Origin: a virus
Taxonomy: Duplodnaviria > Caudoviricetes
IMG/VR virus record: IMGVR_UViG_2510065010_000001
Coordinates: 64,001 to 128,000 of that record
DNA length: 64,000 nt
Strand: one strand, 5' to 3'
Each line of letters opens with the position of its first letter. Position 1 is the first letter of the stretch. The notes under the pieces are model-generated. The model was not told where the DNA came from and did no database searches. It saw nothing but the letters and a program-made list of their open reading frames with translations. Positions 1 to 8,656 of the stretch are shown here, piece after piece. The translations under genes were made by a program, and so were the position numbers.

Positions 1-56
1 AGGTTTTAGGGTCGCATAACGCTCTCAAGCTCAATAAAGTCGTTGATTTATAAGAA

Positions 57-86
57 AAGGGCGCAAAAATCGATTTTTGCGCCCTT
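57..86. terminator. 30-bp perfect palindrome, probable terminator of the minus-strand gene 129..776
   Basis: AAGGGCGCAAAAATCGATTTTTGCGCCCTT; followed by a T-run on the minus strand. Confidence 0.6.
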
Positions 87-128
87 CTACTGTCTTGGAG
101 GACATGCTTTGAAATTTCACGTCGAGCG

Positions 129-776
129 TTATTTCTTCACGCTACGCCGACGAGGAGACTTTGAAGTTTGTTCAACGCCAGGTGCATCGCTACCTGAGAT
201 ACTGCTGAAATCGTTTTCTACTGGACTTTTCAGTGAATCCGTATTATTAATTTCACCTGACTCTGTAGCGCTATCAGGTTGTTCAGTAGTCTCTGAGCTT
301 GCTTGATCTTCAGTTAATAAAACGGTTTCCAGATCAGCAGCAATGCTGTTATTAGTAGTAGTGCTACTAAAATCATCTGAAGTTAATAACTCAGTGTTTG
401 CTTGAGCTTGTGTATCTTCAGTCACATCACTTTCTGCTGCTTCAGTGCTTGAGTTGGTGATAACTAAGTTATTAACTGTCTCAATGTCCGATTCTTCCGT
501 GAAGTTATTAAACTCCTCGTTTTTGGCATGTGCTCGATTACTCAAGTACGCCTGTATTTTAATAACCTGTTGAAGACCAAGTGCAGAGACAGCGCTCAAA
601 CTTTTAATAAAGATGAGGCTGATAATAAACAACACCTTACTCAGAAGATTGAAGGTAGCGATCAGCTCTTGCTTGGTTTGTTCAGTTAATAAGTTTTCTT
701 TGACTTGAGTGTGCAGACGAACTGATGCATCAGATTGGAGCGCATCAAGTTGCGCGATCGTATTTTGTACGTTCAT
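129..776 (-). CDS. hypothetical protein (hydrophobic segment, Ser/Thr/acidic low-complexity C-terminal half)
   Basis: 215-aa ORF with AGGA upstream; no recognised motif. Confidence 0.6.
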   Translation of the reverse strand: MNVQNTIAQLDALQSDASVRLHTQVKENLLTEQTKQELIATFNLLSKVLFIISLIFIKSLSAVSALGLQQVIKIQAYLSNRAHAKNEEFNNFTEESDIETVNNLVITNSSTEAAESDVTEDTQAQANTELLTSDDFSSTTTNNSIAADLETVLLTEDQASSETTEQPDSATESGEINNTDSLKSPVENDFSSISGSDAPGVEQTSKSPRRRSVKK

Positions 777-1226
777 GGTTTTGATTTCCTAATTTTGTGA
801 TTGAAAGGGCATTGAAGGGTAGCCCTAGACTCCGCCAGGTATCGATACCTGGTAAAACCGCCGCTGGTCGGAGTAGTTAGTTAATTACTTTCTGTGAGCC
901 TATAATTCAAGTCTTGTTGTACAAGCGCACGTATCTAGCTGGAGCGCTGTTCTTTAGATATAAGTTGCTTAAACCGTTCAATAAAGCTTTCAGAGGCAGA
1001 AAAACTTAAAATTGTGCTGGTCTTCCTCCTTTTGGGTTTTCCCGAAGGAACGGGAAAACCTCATAGTCTTTACCTTTCACCCGATGACTTTATTTTTTCT
1101 TTTCTCCCAAGGATTTTTTCAGTGAACTTATCTGCTCCAACATTAAACCACCCGTACTGCACAAGTGTGTGCAGGAGTGCAGGAGTGCAGCAAGGACATA
1201 TAAGTGGTTCGAGGTTAGGGAGCATT

Positions 1227-1400
1227 TTATTAACTCAGAAGACTTTGTGAACTACCTACACCGCACTTCGTGTCGGTGTAGGCTTCTGGCACATTTTTAA
1301 TGTTTCCAGAACTTCCTTCGAGGTACTATTAGTGGTAGATTCAGTTACCACCAGATTCCCTCTACGGCGTTTTATCGTGGGGAACAGTCCCAGCCCCACA
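1227..1400 (-). ncRNA. predicted TnpB omega/reRNA; scaffold overlaps the tnpB 3' end, guide = flank AAAGTCTTCTGAGTTAATAA
   Basis: Established TnpB biology applied to the mapped right end; the 5' boundary is approximate. Confidence 0.55.
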
Positions 1401-2650
1401 CGCTTTAGGTTGATTCCGGCGTTAATATCCCGGTCAACCCACAGCATTTCAGATTCATCCCAGTACCCTCGAATACTGCAATCCGTGAACACAAATTCAT
1501 CACGATACGCCAGTAATTGAGATGTATATGCAGGTTTTACTGCCATTGTCCTAGCTCCAGCTTTTCCAGCTATGTATTCTAGGACTTTGAAAAAGTTACC
1601 AAATGCAGCATCATTCCAAGATTTGTTCAATCCTGATTTGGCTGATTGCCCATTAGGGAGATAATTACCATCTTGGTCTTGTTTTGCTTTATTCCTTTTT
1701 GATAAAGCTTTTAGATTTAAGTCTTCGTGGACAAAAACTTTTTTACCAGTTCTGACAAGTCTATGAGCAGTTTTAAAAGCGTGGTCTTTCCTTGCTCTGG
1801 CTATGCGCTGATGTTCTCTTGCTTCTCGTTTTGCTAGTTTGCGTCTTGCTCTACTACCTTTCTTTTTAGTAGACTTGCGATGCGACACTTTGGCTAGACG
1901 TTGTTCCGACTTTCTGAATGATTTCAGTGCAGGGAGTTTGGTATTTTCGCTAGTAGCTAGATAATCATCTTCATGGAGTACCGCATCAATCCCAATCGTG
2001 TTTTCCCATGTTGGTACTATTTCGTCATGGGTGAACTCCGGTACGCTTGGATCTTCTAGACAGATAGTTAAATACCACCCATCAGCTTTTAAGGTAAGCA
2101 GTGCATTTTTGAGCGTAAACCCTTCAGGTAATGGTCGGTGCAGTCTTACCTTTACCCAACCTTTGAGTTTAGAAAAAGATAAAAATAACCAGTCTTTCTC
2201 TACACGCTCTATCGTTATAGCTTGCCCTTCTATCTTCATAGTGCGGTAACGAGCAGCATTCTTAAATCGTGGTTTACCACTACGATTGCCGTTACCATCA
2301 CCCTTAATAAAACGCCCAAAAGCCAAGTCAACCCGTTTGCAAACATCTTGTAATGTTTGGGAGGGTACGCGAGAAAAATCTAGTAACTCGCCAGAATGAG
2401 CGACTTTTATCAAATCTTCTTTGATAATTGGTAACTGTTTTTTCTGGGAGTAAAAATCAGGATTGTCTCGCAGTTGAGGTAATGAGCAGATTAACGGGCA
2501 AGCGTTAATACTATTGCGGTTATTTTCCCACCAATCAAATCTATCTCCTAGTTGCTTGTTGTACCAGTATCGACAGACTCGCAACCAATAATTGAGTTCT
2601 AGTTTTTGATTGGTATTTGGATAAGTTCGATACTGATAATTAAGCAACAT
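1256..2650 (-). CDS. tnpB: TnpB RNA-guided endonuclease (IS200/IS605 family)
   Basis: N-terminal YQYRTYP helix-turn-helix region; RuvC motifs IGIDA, VHEDL and DRDINAGINL; the stop codon overlaps the right-end hairpin. Confidence 0.93.
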   Translation of the reverse strand: MLLNYQYRTYPNTNQKLELNYWLRVCRYWYNKQLGDRFDWWENNRNSINACPLICSLPQLRDNPDFYSQKKQLPIIKEDLIKVAHSGELLDFSRVPSQTLQDVCKRVDLAFGRFIKGDGNGNRSGKPRFKNAARYRTMKIEGQAITIERVEKDWLFLSFSKLKGWVKVRLHRPLPEGFTLKNALLTLKADGWYLTICLEDPSVPEFTHDEIVPTWENTIGIDAVLHEDDYLATSENTKLPALKSFRKSEQRLAKVSHRKSTKKKGSRARRKLAKREAREHQRIARARKDHAFKTAHRLVRTGKKVFVHEDLNLKALSKRNKAKQDQDGNYLPNGQSAKSGLNKSWNDAAFGNFFKVLEYIAGKAGARTMAVKPAYTSQLLAYRDEFVFTDCSIRGYWDESEMLWVDRDINAGINLKRVGLGLFPTIKRRRGNLVVTESTTNSTSKEVLETLKMCQKPTPTRSAV

Positions 2651-2652
2651 AA

Positions 2653-2997
2653 TTAAGCTACAACCACCTTCATAAAACGAGTGGGACGGTTAAGCTTGTA
2701 GTCTACTGTGCGCTCATCAATATATTCACGATGATTTACATATCCTTTAACGTAGTCACCAACACGGGCATCAAACTCTACAGTGTCTCCAGGTTTTAAG
2801 TCTAGGGATTGAATTGTTTTTCCAACGGTGAACCAGATGTGGTCTGTAACTTGCTTACCTGTATCCACAAGGCACACATCTTTAAACAATATTGTCGGTT
2901 CTGGGTATCCGTGATAGTTGGTCTTTTTGCCGAACCGTTCAACGGTAGCTCTGAACCTCATTCTTTTCTCATTAAGGGTTTTAAGCTCTTTACGCAT
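2653..2997 (-). CDS. cargo hypothetical protein inside the IS (beta-rich, possibly OB-fold)
   Basis: 114-aa ORF ending 2 bp before the tnpB start; motif DHIWF..L.PGD.VEFDARV..Y.KGY. Confidence 0.75.
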   Translation of the reverse strand: MRKELKTLNEKRMRFRATVERFGKKTNYHGYPEPTILFKDVCLVDTGKQVTDHIWFTVGKTIQSLDLKPGDTVEFDARVGDYVKGYVNHREYIDERTVDYKLNRPTRFMKVVVA

Positions 2998-3062
2998 CTT
3001 ATTAGCTGGGCAACGCTATTATTTTAATATACACTGAATATGACGCAATCAATATAAAGTTT

Positions 3063-3518
3063 GTGAAAAATGATTTTGTCTCAAAGGGAAGGTCTATCAG
3101 TGACCTTAAAGCTCATCTCGTCCTGACAACAAAATATCGTCGCAAAGCCATCACAAGCGAGATGCTACAGCGATTGCATATTATCCTTGAAGATTTGCTG
3201 ATTAGATGGGAATGTAAGCTTGTAGAGTTTAGTGGTGAATCAGACCACGTACATCTGCTGTTTCAATACCACCCCGACTTACAATTAAGTACGTTGGTGG
3301 GCAACATTAAATCCACAACTTCCCGCAGACTCAGGCAAGAGTTTTCAGATCATTTAAGTCGCTTCTACACCAAAGATGTTTTTTGGAATGGTTCATATTT
3401 TATTGCTAGTTGCGGAGGAGTGACCATCTCAACTTTGAAACAGTACATTCAAGCGCAAGAAAAACCTGAAATTGGCGATTCCTCATCGACTCCCTGCCCT
3501 ATCAATCCTGCGGATTGA
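3063..3518 (+). CDS. tnpA: IS200/IS605 Y1 (HUH) transposase TnpA
   Basis: HLVLTTKYRR, HUH motif DHVHLL, FWNGSYF and catalytic YIQAQ. Confidence 0.95.
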   Translation: MKNDFVSKGRSISDLKAHLVLTTKYRRKAITSEMLQRLHIILEDLLIRWECKLVEFSGESDHVHLLFQYHPDLQLSTLVGNIKSTTSRRLRQEFSDHLSRFYTKDVFWNGSYFIASCGGVTISTLKQYIQAQEKPEIGDSSSTPCPINPAD

Positions 3519-3600
3519 ATTGGTTGTGAGTCAATTCGTCATCGCCCAAAAATTCATCTCATCACTCCTGCTTCGCAGTGAGTGAGAGGCTTCTTTTTGT

Positions 3601-3912
3601 TTAAGCTAAAACTTCATCGAACACTTCTTCAGGTACTACTTCTAGAAACTTAATTTGTCTGGCTTTCCAATCTAAACTTCTTACTTGGTCAGTTAGAATT
3701 ACGCCTTGAGTTTTACACACGTCTGGTAGTCTTACTTCGAATGGATAGCCTTTTTCTTTGCTAGTGATTGGCACGGCTATCATCAGTAAACTTTTTTGGT
3801 TATAGGTTTTTTTACTTATTACAAGGGCTGGTCGTTTGCCTTTCTGCTCTCTACCCATCGTAGGGTCTAAACTTAACAGTATTATCTCTCCTTGTTCAGG
3901 ACAATAAAACAC
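3601..3912 (-). CDS. mazF: MazF/PemK endoribonuclease toxin; C-terminus altered by the IS insertion
   Basis: GREQKGKRPALVIS, VPITS, ILTDQVRSLDWKAR. Confidence 0.92.
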   Translation of the reverse strand: MFYCPEQGEIILLSLDPTMGREQKGKRPALVISKKTYNQKSLLMIAVPITSKEKGYPFEVRLPDVCKTQGVILTDQVRSLDWKARQIKFLEVVPEEVFDEVLA

Positions 3913-4154
3913 CAGACCTCCTTGCCAGCTTGGTCACCGAAATCTACAGCTTCGTGTCTGTTTTCATCCGTGATTTTATTAACAAGGTCTTCCAGTACGT
4001 AGGTCCTTCTTTTTTTAATCGGTTTGACCACTAGCTCATTACCTCTAAGCTCAATATTTACTGTTGCGCCTTCTGTTAAATTTAATTCTTGTGCGAATTG
4101 ATTCGGTATTCTAATAGCCAAGCTATTTCCCCACTTTGAGACGACGTGTTTCAT
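3882..4154 (-). CDS. mazE: MazE/AbrB-family antitoxin; likely start MKHVVSKWGNSLAIRIP at 4154
   Basis: KWGNSLAIRIP AbrB motif, GKEVW near the C-terminus, overlaps mazF. Confidence 0.9.
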   Translation of the reverse strand: MKHVVSKWGNSLAIRIPNQFAQELNLTEGATVNIELRGNELVVKPIKKRRTYVLEDLVNKITDENRHEAVDFGDQAGKEVWCFIVLNKER

Positions 4155-4168
4155 AATCAACACAATTT

Positions 4169-4189
4169 TGGATATACAAAGTATATCCA
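4169..4189. promoter_or_regulatory. palindromic operator upstream of mazE (TA autoregulation)
   Basis: TGGATATAC-AAA-GTATATCCA, about 15 bp upstream of the mazE ATG. Confidence 0.6.
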
Positions 4190-4597
4190 CTACGTGTTAT
4201 TTTACAAAAAAGTTTGGGCAGACTTCTGCTCAAACTTAATAAACCTATCTATTCTGTTTTAATTAATGCCAGCTAACCTTTCACCGATAAACTGTGCAGC
4301 TTTACCCACTAATGTCAGAAAGAATCCTACGATTGCACCACCTAACGGTAATGCAGGTTCAAGAAGGAAACTTTCTAACCAGCTAGGGTCTGCTTCAGCA
4401 AGGTTATTAAAGTAACCTTGTTTTTCACCAAACCACACTAGCCCATTTTTATCAAAGTACAGAGAAGGGGGGTTGTTGACGCATTACCTCGAACTGTTTA
4501 CTTTACGTTCTCTCCAGGGCAGACCTATGCGCACCCATTCGTTGTTAATAAACTTTTCGCGTTGACATAGAACATACCGTCGAGTTTATCTGGTGAA

Positions 4598-4670
4598 CCC
4601 AGAGTGCAGGATTCGAACCTGCGTGGGGCATCTTAGAAGGATGCTGCTTAATCCGCTCAGCCAACTCTGG
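4598..4670 (-). tRNA. tRNA-Arg (anticodon UCU)
   Basis: Acceptor stem CCAGAGT/ACTCTGG, D arm, anticodon arm GCATC-CTTCTAA-GATGC, T arm GCAGG-TTCGAAT-CCTGC; CCA not encoded directly after the discriminator. Confidence 0.93.
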
Positions 4671-4845
4671 TTAATAGGAGGGAGCGACCCTTCTATAGAG
4701 ACTTCACGTATCTCATTTGAATGCACTACGTCCTGTAGGTCCCGGAGCAGTGGCAGTACGAGGAAACTCCACTGTCGTTGGTTAATAACAAACCCCGTCG
4801 AGTTGGTTTTAACCAATACTTAACTTTTCTTAGTACATTGCAAGG

Positions 4846-5409
4846 TTACATTCCTAAACTTGAATTTACCTGCTTTGTGTTTAATCCGTATTTTCTTGCC
4901 CATTTACGTGCAGCATTGTCGCTTACTCCATATTTTAATCCTATTGCAACCCAGGACATCTCTGATATATCTTTTTCAAGCTCTTCTTTAGAAGGTCTGT
5001 TAACTTTTCTCTTTGCTATTGCGCTGCATTCATTTGAGCAATATTTTTCATTTAAGGTTGATTGAATTATCTCATTGCAGGTCATACAAAATCTGGCACC
5101 GTCTACCGCTTTTCTTTCTTGGCTGCTAATTTTGAAGTTTCCTTCGTATGGTGCTCCAATACTAATCCAATAATGCAGTTTTGTATGTTGACTATTTTCT
5201 ATAACAATTAGGTTTACGCTTCGGTTGTCATCTCTTATGCCATTAAGGTGATGAACTACCTCGTTTTCTCTGATTTTTCTGTTAATACTGTTTTCTGCCA
5301 CTAAAATGTGCTCGTACACATATCCTAACCAGTTTTCACTTTTCATAGCTCTTGCGTGTTCTGGCTTATATATCACTCTATAACCGTTCAATATTCTTAC
5401 TGATTTCAT
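4846..5409 (-). CDS. HNH homing endonuclease with C-terminal zinc-binding and HTH segment
   Basis: YVYEHILVAE..VVHHLNGIRDDNRSVNL, CxxC..CSxxC, YGVSDNAARKW. Confidence 0.85.
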   Translation of the reverse strand: MKSVRILNGYRVIYKPEHARAMKSENWLGYVYEHILVAENSINRKIRENEVVHHLNGIRDDNRSVNLIVIENSQHTKLHYWISIGAPYEGNFKISSQERKAVDGARFCMTCNEIIQSTLNEKYCSNECSAIAKRKVNRPSKEELEKDISEMSWVAIGLKYGVSDNAARKWARKYGLNTKQVNSSLGM

Positions 5410-5468
5410 CTTTTTACCTATAGGTGTTATCTGTAGTGGGAAACTTGATTTGACTTTAATATTTCAAT

Positions 5469-5492
5469 AAAAAAGGACGACTTGCGCCGTCC
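5469..5492 (-). terminator. intrinsic terminator
   Basis: GGACGGC-GCAA-GTCGTCC followed by T6 on the minus strand. Confidence 0.75.
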
Positions 5493-5517
5493 CAGAGTAC
5501 TAATTCCTGTTTCTAAC

Positions 5518-5703
5518 TTACCACTGCTCGAAGGTGTAAGCAGGAATTAAAACAACATCACCTTCAACATCCACCCCTAACGATGAGCTAAGGATGACGC
5601 ATTCAATAGCATCGCCAAGGTTGGCAAGTACTTCGAGAACGCTGTCGTTGATGAAAAGCATCAGACCAGGAACGAACGTTTCTTGGAACTTATTAATAGA
5701 CAT
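5518..5703 (-). CDS. small hypothetical protein (probable start MSINKF)
   Basis: GGAG SD upstream of the ATG at 5703; the longer ORF start runs through a hairpin. Confidence 0.55.
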   Translation of the reverse strand: MSINKFQETFVPGLMLFINDSVLEVLANLGDAIECVILSSSLGVDVEGDVVLIPAYTFEQW

Positions 5704-5730
5704 TGGTTTTTCTCCCATTTGGTTTAAGCA

Positions 5731-5776
5731 AACAAAAGTGGGGGCGATCAGATTACTGATCGCCCCCACTTTTGTT
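5731..5776. repeat. 21-bp perfect inverted repeat with 4-nt loop
   Basis: AACAAAAGTGGGGGCGATCAG-ATTA-CTGATCGCCCCCACTTTTGTT. Confidence 0.85.
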
Positions 5777-5996
5777 AACTCAAGATTTTTAGTCAACGTT
5801 TTCTGATTCCCACAGTCCTAATGGAATCACTTCTCCTGTTCTTTAATAATATTCATGGTGGAAGAACTTTAGAGGTTTATTAAACCTAACGGATTTTTAC
5901 TTTTGTCTTTTTACTTTGATGTTAAAGCACAATGGTATTAGCACAATAGGCTTCTGTTTAATTATTAAAGTTTTTTAATTTACCCATCGGTCTGTT

Positions 5997-6659
5997 ATGC
6001 CAACTGAAGAACTGCAGGAAATTCAAGAGATTATCGAGGCTTACAACAAACTAGGGCAGCTCTTGCAAAATTATCTAGGCAATGCCCCTTCTGTCCAGAA
6101 TAGTAACGGAAGCGTTGATATTAAGGGCAGCAAAAAGGGTAGCAAGAAAGGTGACACTGGAAAATCTAACCATTTACTCACTTACCCATCTATATATATA
6201 GATGGTGCTTGCCAATCAACCGAGGGTGGTTGGGGAGTAGTCGTTTATTTGGATGAAGGCGTTACTTTGGAGCGGGGCGGTTACGTTGCAGATACAACTT
6301 GCAATCGCATGGAATTGCAGGCAGCTATTGAAGCTGTCCGGTTGTTACAGCAACTTAACTTAGAGCTTGATTATAAAGTTCCTGTTTACACTGACAGCCA
6401 ATACGTCCAGAAAGGTATCACAATCTGGATTAATAACTGGAAGCGCAATGGTTGGCAGGGTTCATCAGGTGAGGTGAAGAATGTTAGTTTATGGGTTGAA
6501 CTGGACACACTTAATAAAGAAGTGTTAGTCGATTGGAGATGGGTGAAGGGGCACATTGGTGTGCAGGGAAATGAACGTGCAGACTTCATTGCAACAGCGT
6601 TTGCTGCTCAAAAGCAGATAACTTTACACAACAGTTTTGATTTGTCTGCTTTTGAGTGA
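5997..6659 (+). CDS. rnhA: ribonuclease HI with N-terminal extension
   Basis: IYIDGAC, TTCNRMELQAAI, YTDSQYV, WKRNGW, VKN..LW, WVKGH.G..GNERAD. Confidence 0.93.
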   Translation: MPTEELQEIQEIIEAYNKLGQLLQNYLGNAPSVQNSNGSVDIKGSKKGSKKGDTGKSNHLLTYPSIYIDGACQSTEGGWGVVVYLDEGVTLERGGYVADTTCNRMELQAAIEAVRLLQQLNLELDYKVPVYTDSQYVQKGITIWINNWKRNGWQGSSGEVKNVSLWVELDTLNKEVLVDWRWVKGHIGVQGNERADFIATAFAAQKQITLHNSFDLSAFE

Positions 6660-6669
6660 AATGCGATTC

Positions 6670-7545
6670 TTACAATTTTCCTTCGTATTCTTCTATTGTT
6701 ACACTGTTCAGGTATTTTATTTCTTTTTTTAGTTCTTTTACACGTTCATAATTTGGATTTATTTTTGATTCTAGTTTTGTTAGTTCTTCGTTGAGCTTGT
6801 TTAATTTACTTTCACGAAGTTCTTTTGTCGTAAGGGGTTTTATAACTGCACTACCTTCGTTTCGCTTGTATAACGTTCTAGTAGGCTTAAACGTCCTCGG
6901 CACTTCTTTTATGTAGTTATAAATGGATATTGACCTCCAGCCTTGGTTTTCTGTTTCTATTTGTATGTGTGGAGTTGTTTTATTTTCTCCTGTTCCAACT
7001 AAGATTCTGGCGTTTGTTATAACACCTCCAAATTTTTTGTTAGACCAAGAAGCTGCGTTTACTAACATACAAGTTAAAACTTTGTCTTTTTCTTCTAGTC
7101 TTATTTTACTACCTGGTTTTTTACCAACACACTTACTAAATATCCATCTGTAATGCGTTTTTATTTCTTCCATACTTCTAAAATCGTAGCCATTAATTTC
7201 ATACACATAAAATTCTTTGTCTATTTCTGGTTCATAAGTTACAACAATGTCTAATTTACTGCATTCTGGCTTTATCACGTCTTCTACTAAATTATTTCTG
7301 CCATATTCTGGCACAATTAAATGGATTCTTTTCTCTTTTTTTGGAAAGCATACTCCATATAGGAGTACTTGTCCTATTGCTTCTTTCCAGCCTTTTAAGA
7401 ATTTAACTTCAATTACTTGCGTTGCTGTTAGGATGTCTATCCTTCCAAACTTAGTTTGTACCTCTTTTTCAGCACCCATTATTGATTCAACCAACTTGTC
7501 TCTGTAGAAGCACTCTAACGCTTTGTTGTTTGTTATTTTTGTCAT
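6670..7545 (-). CDS. PD-(D/E)xK nuclease-domain protein
   Basis: GRIDILT..VIEVK..WKEAIGQVLLYG; AT-rich, Lys-rich C-terminus. Confidence 0.65.
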   Translation of the reverse strand: MTKITNNKALECFYRDKLVESIMGAEKEVQTKFGRIDILTATQVIEVKFLKGWKEAIGQVLLYGVCFPKKEKRIHLIVPEYGRNNLVEDVIKPECSKLDIVVTYEPEIDKEFYVYEINGYDFRSMEEIKTHYRWIFSKCVGKKPGSKIRLEEKDKVLTCMLVNAASWSNKKFGGVITNARILVGTGENKTTPHIQIETENQGWRSISIYNYIKEVPRTFKPTRTLYKRNEGSAVIKPLTTKELRESKLNKLNEELTKLESKINPNYERVKELKKEIKYLNSVTIEEYEGKL

Positions 7546-7686
7546 CTTATTTCTACGCCTTTTTTTAATTTTTTTGTTTTTACCGTTTTAATCTCTAAAT
7601 TTTAACTAACTAGAATAACAAGGTTTACAAGCATCATTAATGTTGTTTGAAGTTTAGCCTGCTTGCGTTTGAGAGTCTCAAGAACT

Positions 7687-8508
7687 TTAAGAATTGAATC
7701 CAGTTCTACTGATCATTTTCTGAACCTGTTCCCCGACGTTAATGGTTTTAATAACAACATCAGGATTCTTCACACGATATACCCTGAAGATTTCATCAGC
7801 AAATGAATGTCCGATAGAATCTACTGCGTGGAAATCTAGAACAATCTCTTTGAATGCTGACAACCTGTTTAATAATCTTTTTGCTTGAGAGCGACTCACT
7901 AGGTTCTCGTCGCTGCCATATCGAACCAGGTATACAGGAATTAACGTTCGATCGAAATAATACTCAATGTCAAGTGTGTAGCAGTCAAACACTTCATGCG
8001 TCCGTCGCGTCGTGTTGTCTGAAAGTTTCATAACAACACACGTGCCTTCAGTGAGTTCTTGTTCTTCCACAACCCAATCGTTTGGTTGGTCAAACCTGTG
8101 AGAGAACAACAAGTTCCCAGATCTAATTGTGAACTCGTCGAACATTCGTGAAGTGAAGAATATCCCTTGACCAGTATGCTCTTCCGGGCTGGTTGTAAAC
8201 TTTCCTTTTACTAGCTCAAGTACAGCTAGCATTTCATTCCATAGCCCCGCCGCTTCTTGAACTTTCTTGAAAATCCCTACACCATCATCTTTAATCTCTA
8301 TCTCTGTCACTCCGGCATCTCTGGAAAGACTGATTGTTAAAACACGCCCCTCTGAATGGTCAATGCAGTTATTAACCATCTCTGCAAACCCGTAGCTCCA
8401 GAACTCTAAGACCGTTCTTGCCAGGTCTTGGAATAAAGGTTGGAAGTCGCGGCTCCACACTTCTTCTTCTGAGATGTCTGATAGGTTATACGTTTTGGTT
8501 AACTTCAT
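7687..8508 (-). CDS. HATPase (GHKL) plus STAS-like/DUF4325 domain protein
   Basis: EMVNNCIDHS, IKDDGVGI, HTGQGIFFTS; C-terminal LVSRSQAK..LDF..V.SIG.SFADEIF. Confidence 0.8.
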   Translation of the reverse strand: MKLTKTYNLSDISEEEVWSRDFQPLFQDLARTVLEFWSYGFAEMVNNCIDHSEGRVLTISLSRDAGVTEIEIKDDGVGIFKKVQEAAGLWNEMLAVLELVKGKFTTSPEEHTGQGIFFTSRMFDEFTIRSGNLLFSHRFDQPNDWVVEEQELTEGTCVVMKLSDNTTRRTHEVFDCYTLDIEYYFDRTLIPVYLVRYGSDENLVSRSQAKRLLNRLSAFKEIVLDFHAVDSIGHSFADEIFRVYRVKNPDVVIKTINVGEQVQKMISRTGFNS

Positions 8509-8656
8509 TCTTTAATCACTACTTTTGCTAGAACCGCCTGCGTTGCATCTTTTCGATCAGTTTACTAATAACATTACTCAGTTTAACGTAATCGCTGTAG
8601 GACACATGCGGTTTTACTAAGGACAACGCTGCATCAGTGTTTACCGCTAATTAAAA

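Larger units (their letters stand above)
1247..3605 (-). mobile_element. complete IS200/IS605-family element (IS605 organisation: divergent tnpA and tnpB, plus one cargo gene)
   Basis: Right end GAAG-hairpin(CCTACACCG..CGGTGTAGG)-TAGTTCAC ends at 1247. Left end AAGC-hairpin lies downstream of target TTAG (3606-3609). The guide/cleavage tetranucleotides GAAG/TCAC and AAGC/TTAG follow the IS608-type pairing rule. Confidence 0.85.

Noticed and set aside
1150-1195. Short GTGCAGGA tandem repeat
   Set aside because: Only about three 8-mers, with no supportable function.
4748-4775. CAGTACGAGGAAAC resembling a sarcin-ricin loop or RNase P motif
   Set aside because: Short imperfect match on the strand opposite the local transcription direction, with no surrounding rRNA or RNase P structure.
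5704-5796. Longer N-terminus for ORF 5518..5796
   Set aside because: It runs through a perfect inverted repeat; a better SD and ATG exist at 5703.
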